This document shows, in pieces, positions 39,268 to 50,900 of a stretch of 64,000 nucleotides of DNA. How positions within the stretch are numbered: the first letter of the stretch is position 1; each line of letters starts with the position of its first letter. The stretch is from contig OX597831.1 of assembly GCA_951406725.2 (NCBI GenBank), positions 6,758,001-6,822,000 on the forward strand. Direction: 5' to 3'. Under the pieces are notes generated by a model that made no database searches, was not told where the DNA came from, and saw nothing but the letters and a program-made list of their open reading frames with translations. Origin of the DNA: Octopus vulgaris. Its lineage: Eukaryota. The position numbers and the translations under genes are program-made.

Positions 39268-39268
39268 C
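38857..39268 (+). mobile_element. CR1/L2-type LINE 3' fragment with (TAT)n tail
   Basis: EHLFKLHLPNTRGHVYKVRKQHSSHDFRKHFFTLRVAEAWNKLP; closely similar to 27760-28115. Confidence 0.9.
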
Positions 39269-39317
39269 TTTTTTTCTTTCAGTGTATTTATATGGGTAAA
39301 TAAATATTTAGGAACAC

Positions 39318-39520
39318 CAGTGGTTCTCAACTGGGGTCCACATGATGCTTGGGGACCCAAATAAGATTTTGTTAAAATTTATCTGCAATAAATACACGAA
39401 ATATTTTTTAAATACGATTCTTAATAATATTTAATTATAAAAATAGGATTATTTAAACATGGAATGGTTATGATGGCATATTTAAGTAAAATAGCAATTT
39501 AAGGGGTCCATAATACAATA
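39318..39520 (+). mobile_element. Possible hAT-type non-autonomous element end
   Basis: Begins cagtggttctcaactgggg, resembling hAT terminal repeats. The matching opposite end was not found. Confidence 0.4.
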
Positions 39521-39522
39521 GT

Positions 39523-40322
39523 CAGGGACCAGTGACGTACACAGTGAGCGCAGGTAGCTCTATAATTTAGGGACCAGTGACGTACACAGTGACCTCAGGT
39601 AGCTCTATAATTTAGGGACCACTGATGTACACAGTGACCTCAGGTAGCTATGCTTTTGAGACCTGTGACATACATTGTGTGCGTAGGTAGCTCTGTACTT
39701 TAGGGACCAGTGAACACACGCGGTGAGCTGAGAGAGCTTTATACTTTAGGGACCACTGACTTACGCAGTGAGCTGAGGTAGCTCTGTACTTTAGGGACCA
39801 GTGACACATGCAGTGAGCTTTATACTTTAGGGACCACTGACTTACGCAGTGAGCTGAGGTAGCTCTGTACTTTAGGGACCAGTGAACACACGCGGTGAGC
39901 TGAGAGAGCTTTATACTTTAGGGACCACTGACTTACGCAGGGAGCTGAGGTAGCTCTGTACTTTAGGGACCAGTGACACACGCGGTGAGCTGAGAAAGCT
40001 TTATACTTTAGGGACCACTGACTTACGCAGTGAGCTGAGGTAGCTCGGTACTTTAGGGACCAGTGACACATGCGGTGAGCTGAGAGAGCTTTATACTTTA
40101 GGGACCACTGACTTACGCAGTGAGCTGAGGTAGCTCTGTACTTTAGGGACCAGTGACACACGCGGTGAGCTGAGAGAGCTTTATACTTTAGGGACCACTG
40201 ACTTACGCAGTGAGCTGAGGTAGCTCTGTACTTTAGAGACCAGTGACGTATGCAGTGTGCTAAAGTAGGTCTACACTTTAGGGACCATTGACATACATAG
40301 TGAGCTCAGGTTGCACTATACT
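39523..40322 (+). repeat. 45-bp minisatellite with a 90-bp A/B higher-order repeat, about 18 units
   Basis: A = tactttagggaccactgacttacgcagtgagctgaggtagctctg and B = tactttagggaccagtgacacacgcggtgagctgagagagcttta alternate; the edges are degenerate. Confidence 0.95.
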
Positions 40323-40839
40323 TTGTCGCATTGTCATTATTTAAATCAAAATTCTTTACAATAAGACACAATTGTAATGAAAATGTGTGTGTATTACATC
40401 TTCCAAGAAGTTCGTTCAATCGTCTGTAACTAATCCTTAAATCTGTTTCATGCAGAGTTGATCACAATGCTTTTGAGATTTTGCTGGATCAGCCATGTAT
40501 GTTAGACATCTTTAGATAATCCAATTGGACAATTATAAAAGTCCACAAATATTGAAATAAATCATCTTTACTTCTTTGATATCTCCCCCACCCCTCTTAA
40601 TTTTATAATTGCTTTTTTTTGTGATTTATCTTTTGCTACCAATAAAACCTTGACTGCCGTCCTCCACTCCAACTTTTATGCTTAATGTTTGCAATAACAG
40701 TTTTGTACACACCTTCCACTAAATGAGAGGTCAGTGTTTCTGTTTTACAGGAAATGAACTTTAAAATGTATTTAAAATAGCATTTGCCTATATACTGTAT
40801 AAAAAAATTAATTAAAATTTTTTTCTTTCTATTTATTTA

Positions 40840-41260
40840 TCTAGTTTCAGCTCACTAGCTGTGGCCATGCTGGGGCACCGCCATTTGGTGTTGCTACATG
40901 ATTTTACTTCATGAATGCTTTTTAGCAATTGCCATTTGGTGCATGAAAGAGTTTGATGCAGCTGCCCTCATCTGCACCTCCTGCCGTGAAGTTGGTTCAT
41001 CTGGGATACCTGACAAGAAGAGATCCAGTTTTATTTTAAAGACATCTGCATCCACCCCATGCAGGTCTCTTAGGTTCTTCGGGAGGATATTGAAGAGCTG
41101 TGGGCCTCGGAAGCCCAGGCTATCACAGTATCTTGCCCTACATCTTGATGGCAAATTTCGAGTCCTTGGCACTATGCAGTGGCGCCCAGTTCTGGCATTT
41201 GTGTAACTCTTGATGCCAAAGTTTGGGAAAAGTCCTTCTAGGATCTTCCAGATGTATATT
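40840..41260 (-). mobile_element. CR1/L2-like LINE 3' fragment (different family)
   Basis: IYIWKILEGLFPNFG..RTGRHC..SLGFRGPQLFNILPKNLR..FKIKLDLFLSGIPDEP. Confidence 0.8.
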
Positions 41261-44200
41261 TTGATAACAAAAAGAAAATTCCTGTTTATATTTCTTTGTC
41301 TTTGTGATTTAAACAAAACACATCAAAACATTGTTTTGCAAAATCATAAGCAACTATTTTATTTTGTCTGATAATTAAAAAATCTTTGGTCACATTTGTC
41401 CCAATTCAACGTTTATCTTTGCATTACTTGGCATCTAATTTACTTTCCTGAATATTAATTTTCTTAACTTAATCTTTGTTTACTCACTCATTTGATTCTC
41501 ATGTTTATCTGCATCAGCAAAATCTTTTCTGACAAAAGCCTTCCTTATTAATTATATTTCTTTCTTGCAACTGGTTTATGGGGCAGCAGGCACCAGCTTT
41601 TCACACATTAGCAAGTGTGATATCCAGCTTCTCTCGGGGATCACCATAAGTTAAATGAACTGGCTTCAAATGATGAATGAAACTACACCAAGGTCTACTT
41701 CGTTTGTCATTCTCCTTCCACACCCTGGAGAAATTACCCACCCTTTTCTTCCTTTCTTATACTCTATATTCATTATATTCCCCTTCTAGGAACTCGTGAG
41801 TATGTTTTCGTAACTTATGGTCTCCCTGCTAGCTACTCTCACTCATTTCCCATAATTGCAGGAAAGCCATGTATCTCCCTTACAGCTTGACATCTGTACT
41901 TGTTATCCTTCTGTCGTTCTTTAACCTCCAACACCTCACATAAAAGCCACCACCTCCTCTCCCAAACACACTCAGATGTGAGGGATTCTCTCTTTCTTGC
42001 CTTTGTTTTGAATGTTACCTGCCAATCTCATTGTTCAGTCATGAAAAAAAGTACCCAGTCCACACTGTAAAGCTGGTGCCATTAGGGAGGTCATCCAGCC
42101 TTATACAGTATGTTAAAGCAGACATTTGGGGCCTGATGTAGCTCGTTGGGCCCTGTAAAGCTGTCCAACCCATGACAGCATAGAAAACGGATGTTAAATG
42201 TTGACAAACCAAAGAGGCTGCCTCACTAGGATTGCTTAACCTGAAATAGCAGCCAAATCCATGTTACAAAAGGATTAACACAATGAGCCATGTAATTCCT
42301 GATATGGCTTCAATGATATGGTCACAGTTGGAATGGCTTTGATGATGTCCACTGGACCAGAGCTGACCCTGTGTCATGTGATTGTGTCTTTCAGTCACTC
42401 AACACCTGAAACATAATATTCCCAGCAGCACAAAACATTTTATCAGACTTCAAGCATGGCAGATATACAGACGCTTCAACCTCAACCTGTTTTGGAACAT
42501 GGAACTTAGGCTGTCATCAAATCAACCACAAACAGCATTTTCTAAAACCTGCACAAAACAATCTTAAATTTCATTGATTGACAATAATTAATTTATTTTT
42601 CATTTTAGGGGATGAATCACTCCACACATATTATATTCAAATTTGGTAATTTCAATGTTTTAAAAGGCTTAAAATTTTTTTAATGCCTTTCTAAAATATA
42701 GTTTCTAGTCTTGATGTAATCATACTCATGGCAACAAAACATGGGAGCTAACCCTGACTTGCCATCAACAAAACCCCTCAAGTATCTTAGTCACACCATA
42801 ATTGTCTCCCCTGAACGCAACTATTCTATTTATTGAACAGCTACCATTAACCTCACCCTGGGCTTTCGTACTGAACGAAATTTGCCAACGGAATAAAGCA
42901 GTCAGCCTATTGCTATTTAATAATGTAACGTTTCTCCAAAGATTTAAACCCATGTGTACCGGAATTGGTTGACATTCCATTCGACTGTTAAAGTGTGGTC
43001 ATTATTTAATGTACACTTTCTAATAATCTATAATTTTCAGTCAGCTTTTCCTTTCGTAACAGTATTTAAAGCATCGGGTTAACTGAAATACGACATCATC
43101 ACTTGTCACATTGCTTCGGTGTTGTGAATGTAGTTTTATTCAGGTTTTAAATTTTTACTCGAATTTAAAAAACCCAAGTCTTAGATAAAAGCGTCATAAT
43201 TAAACGAGCTGCTTAATACCATTTTCTAACATTGCCTAAAGAGTCGTTAAAAAAAAGAATTATTGAAACTCTGTGGAATAATTACCAAATGAAGCTGATA
43301 TAACGCTAATCCTTCTTACAAAAAAAGTTAGTGTGAAACTAGCATCTTAGTTCTTACACTACTGTGAGTAATTTCCCTTGACGTTTCTAAAGAAATTCTA
43401 ATCGTCAATAAAATGATGCACCAACAAAAACGAGGGGACATCTGTACCTTTGTTTGTACCAGACCCCAAATTTAACTCCTCAATCACGGTTCATTTCGCT
43501 TAAATAGTTACCTGGGTGAATCAGTTAATGTCATTGAAGCTGCAATAAATTTCAGTTAATCACGAACCAGTTGCCTAAAAATAAAGTATGCATTTGAGAA
43601 TGTAGTCTCAGATGCACTTATCCAACTACGTACGAGTTGGGGTAGGTCCAGGCTGGAAAGTATATTTTCATAGGTCTGCTCAATGACGGCTGAAACCAGG
43701 CTTAACAACTTCATTAGTGAATGCTTGTAGATTTTTATTGTTACATTACTGAATTGTAAACCAATGAGGTGACTCAAGAAAACCAACTATTCTAGGATAT
43801 GGACTTTATTCCTTCCTACAAGACAAAGACATTTTAGATCGTTTATTCACGTCTTAACAGAAGAAATTGTCTTTAGTTTGTAATCATTGGGTGACAGGAG
43901 GAATGCACAGAATTTGCCCACAATGACTTAACAGCCATAATCCTTATATGCCTAATTTTCCATGCTGTCATGTGGATAGATTATCATGAAACCAGTCAAT
44001 TCTTAATCAGAGTTATACTTGCCTAGATGGGGCTGAAGGATCACATCTTGCATGGCTTGATGACCTTAAAACCAATCACTTTACAGAGTGCATGAGATGC
44101 ATTTTATCCTTTCTCTAGCAAAACTAAGGAAGTCTCTGTTCTACATTGACATAGAATCATGTTAAAATAGGCAAGCACAATTCATGCCAGTCTTTTAGGG

Positions 44201-44424
44201 AGGATCAAATTGATTTAATCAAATGAGTTGAAATGTAAAGGTACCTCAGGATTTCAACTCAAATATTGTGAAAGCAACTCTTCTGATTTTGCCACAAGTT
44301 CATACATAGCAGACTGTTTAGCCCCAGGTAGTCTTGATGAAGACCACACAAAGTCATTTCAACTTTGAGTAATCCATTTTGAGGAGAAGTGCAGGAACTA
44401 CGTTATCTACCCACCCCTATTTAA

Positions 44425-44634
44425 CCCTATAGTGTTCGCATTATTCTACCAAAATTAATCCATTTTTATCCAAATTGTTTTGAACTAATCATTCATTAAT
44501 CTTGTAGCTGTGAGATTTTGATGAGGTAACTGTTAATTTTTAAAATGATATTGCAGGGTTGGTGTGAGACCAGATCTGGACAGTTTGAACATAAAACAGG
44601 CAGAATACTTTTGGCTGGTTTAAATACTAAAGGG
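44425..44634. mobile_element. piggyBac-type MITE
   Basis: TTAA TSD (44421-44424, 44635-44638) and ccctatagt...actaaaggg termini; same family as 15392-15610. Confidence 0.8.
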
Positions 44635-44989
44635 TTAAATGGGTGCTGAGGAAGAATATTCTGCTATTTCTAAGTTACGGTACAAGACAGATTCCCACCT
44701 ATTCACTAGTGAAGTATCAGAGGGTTGAATAACTGTTATCAAGGGTCAGATCACAAATCAAACACACTTCAATACAAGTTGTTGTGCAGTATCGATGGAA
44801 GACATATTCAAGTTAAAACTGTGCCTTTGTGTTTTTTTTCTTCACAACTTGATAGCTCAGCACTTTGAACAAGGCATCGTCGTTTCTTCAGCAGTTTTCA
44901 TACTGCTGTAGTGGTTAATTGTAGACTCTTCCTGAAACTTATTTACATCTAGGTTTTGGATGTTAAACAATGGAATGGGTTTGCACAAC

Positions 44990-47900
44990 TCATATGTTTT
45001 TATTGTCCTGAAAAAGACAAGTAAACCAGTTTTTGAGATGGAAGCTTTTAGTCACAATTTCTGCTCTTAAAGACCATATTGGCAGCTATTTTAATGTATG
45101 TTTAACTATCCAGTCAATTTCAGATATATTGAGAAATTGGCACCTTAAAACCAACCGAAAACCTTTAACCACTGCTATTGGAAGTAGGATGGCAAATCGG
45201 TGTCAGTGTGGGAGGGGAACCAAAGAGAACCAATGCCATTGCCTTAACTTAGATATCTTGCAGAACAAGTGTTAAGATTTTTTATTGGACTTTCTTAAAA
45301 AAAACAAAAAAACGCACACACACACAAAAACAAACCCTGGAATATCTTAACAATAATAATGTTAGATTTAATCATCACAGTTTGTATAATCTATGTTAAT
45401 AGCATGGACCATGAAATACAAAGGCAGCATTTATGCTTCCATGGCTAAGATTGGAAAGAATTACAAAACTGAATTATTTAAAACGTACTTTTTAAATCTG
45501 GGTTTTGTCCATAAGACATGGCAGTAGTTAAATTCCATGTAAGATATACTTCCAAACTCAGGCTATTTTCCTTAAGCATATATATACGTAATTCGTCTGG
45601 TGAAATGGATTAGGTAGCATGAATAGATGGTGAAACCGGAACTAGTTTATAAAGATTCCCCATAGAATGTTTAACCAGTTTTGAAACTAAATGACACAAG
45701 GAAATTCATTCTATGTGGCCTTGCCTTAATTTTATTCTGTAGCAAAAGCAATTTTAGAAAAAAATAAATAAGACCCAACAAAAGCTGATGATTAGGAAAA
45801 AAAAAAACAAAAAAGAGAGGAATCTGTAAGAACTCAATGCATTCAATAGGAGCACAAATGGTGGAATTCAGAAACTGGGTTTGAAGTAACATTTCCACCA
45901 TACACACATATTTGTGTGTAACACACCTATATATGTACACAGTTTGAATCCTTGAACAATCACAAACAGACCAATGCTACTGAGGCTTTTGTTTAACATA
46001 CACACATATGTACCCCTTCCATTTTCTCAGAGGGAGATTTGACTGCTATTTCTTGCAGGTTGGGCAACGATGTAGAGGTTTCCCTCATCGAATAGTATTT
46101 TAAAGAAACATCACAAATATTAAGAGGAATAAAAACTATACCATTCTATACTGCTAGAGAATATAGGGGTTAAAAGTTCTGGAATAACTTTTGCTCAAAG
46201 CAAAATTGAAATACCAGGATCAAAAGAAAACCCTAATCTGCTATTTTGTCTAGGAGCATCTAAGTAAAAATGTCCTTCAGCAAAGCAAAGCATCTAAGTA
46301 TGGATTGAACTGCTATGATAGCAAAAACATCTTAGATCAAAGGAAGAAGAAAATGACAAAATGTAAACCCAGAGAAAAATAAACAAGCAAATAACTTATG
46401 GAAATAACTAAGGAAGCATTACCTTGGAATAAGAGAGAAAAAAATTCTTTTAGCATGTTATAGTAAATAGCTTCAGTGTCTAATAAATTCATGTGTGAAT
46501 ATATCTTTAAGCTATTTGAATTTGTATTAAAAAAAAAAATCATTAGGTTTTGAAATAGTAAGAAAGCCATTTCACTATTGTTAAAAAACAAGAATTACCA
46601 GAAGTGGCAGAGTTAAAGTCTGTCTATCTGAAAAACTGGATTCAGTTGTTTGATGGAGACAAAGCCGAATATAAAATGACCAAAGTCTCAAGAACTCCAC
46701 CCAAACATATTTGAGGTTGGGATGGCATAAAAAAAATAAATCCAGTACAAAAAAATAACCTATTAAGATAGCAGCTATAAAATTATAAGAACATGAATAG
46801 TTGTTTTTTTTAAACTAATGATTCTTTCTGGTCAGTGAGGGTGTAACTTGAAATTTGTGCCACCACATATTAGTAATATTAAACCTTATCAGATGGGGTC
46901 GTTAGTTTGGTATAAAGTTAACACGGTCAGTTATCTGTAGAGAATGTCTAAATGTCAAATTATTGGTGACGTCTCAAAGTGGAATATATAAAACACCCTG
47001 TGAAAAAGAATAACTATTGGTATTATTCCAGTGTTATGTTGGTACAACCGATTGGTAATAGTCTCTTGAGCCAATGAGTTCTTTGTTGGAACTATTTCAC
47101 CTGAAACCCCATCACAAATATTCTTGAGAACAACATCAATTCCACAAGTCCATATTCTGTCTCCCTCCAAACTTCACTCTTCAAGCCCATGTAAGAAACC
47201 ATAGCTGCTAATAGAATATTTGGTAATTGTTATGGCAACTGCCCCCCACAAACAACAACAACAAGAACCCAGGCAGCCAAAAGAGTGGAGGATTGTGTTA
47301 ATGTCTACAGAAAAGACTGGTTCCTTTATGACCATGAAGTATCCCTGTAATTATTGTTTAATGTTTAAAAATGTACAGAATTTTTGTGATGAGAGAAAAA
47401 ACGTCAAATAGGAACATTAAAAGAAGTCTAACTGTATTGATGTATCTGAAAATAAAAGAAGCATCACACCGTTACACACACACACACACACACACACAAA
47501 AAGACAAAAGTTTGCTGAATATACTGATGAATAGCCAAAGTAGGTAGCAACTAAAATACTAAAGTACAGCAGGGAACAGTGAAAACATGTGATCAGAAGC
47601 TACTTTTAACAGTAGTAGAATGTAACAACAAAATATTAAGTGGGCTTTTTCCAGTTATCTTTTTTGATATTTTTTATTCTTTTTAATAATTTTTATACAG
47701 ACAGAAAGTTGGAGAAATTTACAGGATGGATCTGTATTGAGTAGTACAAGCATGTTGCTATTCCTAACCAGGATGTAGAGTGGTAGCACTCACAAATGGG
47801 TAAACCACTATTGGCTTAGCCACACTCAAACACTCTTAATTTGAATCTGTCATCACAATCAAGCACGGACAAGCTCAAATATGTGTGTGTGTGTGTGTGT

Positions 47901-50900
47901 GTGTGATAGGTATTTGTCTGTGCGAATGGAGATGTGTAAGTATATGTGTCTGTGCGTATGATTAACTGACGCACGCAGCCAGCTAACACCGGTTTTTAGG
48001 AAGAGAGCAGTTCAACAATCTGCACATATATGACTAGTCATCATTCAGCTGCTGACCATTTTAGTAAGCAATTTGAAGTGAAAGACAAATGCATATTCTA
48101 GAAATGTGAAGAATTCTGACTGGTTGAACCAGGTTGGGTGGGTAGAAGAAAGACAAATTGTGTCTATGAAACTAAAAAGGTGGGTTAAAGGTTTGAAGTT
48201 AAAGCGTTTTTTCCTCCCCATTTTGTGGGGGAAGGAAAGCCGATGAAATATTATTGATTATAAATCTTGTTTAAAAAATTTAATTTGTTCCAGAGTCATG
48301 CTATTTTAAGTACTTCAGAAATATGGGAGGTAGTTACACTACAATTGGACCTTAAAAAATAAGGAAGCTTTTCATTTGGTTCCATATTCTCCCAACTAAC
48401 TAAAAATAAACACACCTGTTTAAAAGTTATTTGGTTGTAAAATTTTAAAATGTTTATTTGATAAGAATTTATGAAAATATAAATAGTTCTAATCTCTGAG
48501 AAAAGATTTTACATTTTTAAAATTTATTTTATTTATGTAAGAACCTCTACAAATGGTATTTTCACATGGGGAAGCCATGTTGTCCCTCACTTCATGTGAA
48601 TGATAACCAGTCTATATAGTGGTCAGCTTGCACACACAGCTTGTGGGTATTTAACAGGAGTTTAAAAAAGAAAAAAAAAAGAGAAAAATCAAAGAGGGGG
48701 GTGGGAGAGATTTTTGAGAAAAAGCTGCAGCTAAAAAATTTGGCTTTATACATCAGATGCATTCATTTACTGATAAATAAGTCACCCAAAACAATAAGCT
48801 TGACCAAATTACATTTTGCACAGGGGCATATTTTAGTTTCTTCAAATTAAGGAAAAAAAAAAAAAAAAGAATTTATTCAACAAACACACAAAGATAAAGC
48901 CAGCCCCTAAACATGTGACTGCAGGTTCAAGAAAAAGGTCACTGCTCCTGTTGCATACTTGCACACGTTTGGTGCAGATTGTCTCAACTGCACTAAAAAG
49001 TGCAATTTTGTGTAACTGCCACCACTCACACACACATCCGTATTTTTATTTTAAAACATTCAAACAACTCAGCAACATTGTTATTAAATAACAAAACTCA
49101 TTTTAGAACCAGTTATATCTTACTTGAATAATGGCCATCAATCTATGCTCTTCCTCATCAACGATAAAACTCAAAAAGATTAAATTTCTGAAAGTTAACA
49201 GTTATAAAACTAAAGGCTATTTGTGGCTACATATTTCATGAGAAAATTTTTAATGAGATTTGGGAAAGTTTCTTTAAACAGTATCATCATCATCATCGTC
49301 ATCACTAACATGAGCTAAAGATGAAGATGGCTGCACTAAGCGTTCGTCTTGAACAGGATTGGAGTCTTTGAAAATAGTTTCCTTAAAAGTTCTTATATTA
49401 ATAACTGGCAAGGAATTAAAATTTTCACATCTTGCGGATGTATTTTAAGATTTCTACTGATGGCATTGGTGGCTGGCAATAGTGTGTGCGTGTTTGTGTG
49501 TGTGTGAGAGTGTTGTGGTTTATATAACATATATAAAATGTATGCAAGAGAATATTAGGTATGAGCTTTAAAATATTGTCATCATGGAGACAGAAGTTGA
49601 CTCCTAAACACCTCCTATCAAAAAAGGTTTGTCAACAAGAAATACTTGACAAACAACATGCACGCATACACACACACACATATACATACGCTCGCACACG
49701 CACGGTCAAGTTTGTGCCTGGTTTCACAATATAAATTAAAATAAAACTCTTTACAAATTCCATGTTAATATCTCAGAGACAAGCAACATTTGAACTAGCA
49801 CAGACTAGAGTACTTTCTCTATTGTTTCATCTAGACTTTTATCACAAACATTGTATAATCTTGCCTTCTGGCATTTGTGCGATACAGGTTATCCCATCAT
49901 TGAAGTCGTGAATTTTACCTCGTTATAAAGTCTGCTCAATGAGTAATGGGAAGTTAACGATACAAATCAGTCACTAACACAAAATTTAAAAAAAAAAGAA
50001 AAATCAATGAAACCCTCAACAGAGTCAGTCATTGGGGAGGGGGTGGGGAAGTAGTTTTTTAGCATTAAAGAAAATGAGGATGAGAAGGGGGAAATGATCT
50101 CAGCTTCTACTGCATCAGAAACCAGAAAGTTAGCAAAACCTGGCAAAGAGAGGCTGAAGAGAAAGAAAAGAAAAAAAAAAGAAAATTTTAAAAAATGGAG
50201 CAAATGAGAAGAGGATTAGAAATGGAATAATTTAGATAATCTTAGGTTTGAGATTCATGGGTTCTAGAAATATCTTACTCAAAGAATGAGGAGCAAATGT
50301 TGCCCTCATCAGGACTTTAAGCGAATACTCAAAGGCTGGAGATTGTTCTACATATCACTTGCTGGATGCGAGATGTAAGGGAGGGGAGAATGTGTGCTTC
50401 ATGTAACAGACAGTCATGTAATGGCCCCTACTTAGGAAAAGTGTCAGAAGGAGGAGAAGAATACAATATCAAAGTGGCCGATGAAAATGTTTAAGATACA
50501 CCACTAGACAGAAGAAGTATAAAATATTGTTTTAAGATGGGTTGTTGTTATTAAAATTAGAGAAAGGCAAAGGCCAATGAAGTGGAGACGAATTTGCCGC
50601 TCAAAAGAGAAGCAAGAAACACAGGTCATTAAAACAAGACAAAAATATTAACAAAAACACAACAAAAGTAACCTTGGCAAGAAGGAAAAAAAAAAAACAC
50701 CACCAAGGTAGAAGGATTTCAAATTCCAATTGAGGTTAACAAGAACAATATACGGAAAAAAAAAAAAAATTCCTTTTTTAATTTCATATGAAATCCTCAT
50801 TTATTCCAACTTTGGCAACATTGACACTACAGGTTGACAGCAGGGGATACATTTCATATAGCATACTCAAGTGTTTACAGGTGTCGAAACGGTAAAGGGT

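Noticed and set aside
39523-40322. CRISPR-like or telomeric array
   Set aside because: The 'spacers' are themselves repeated (A/B alternation), there are no cas genes, and the context is eukaryotic. TTAGGG occurs singly per unit, not in tandem.
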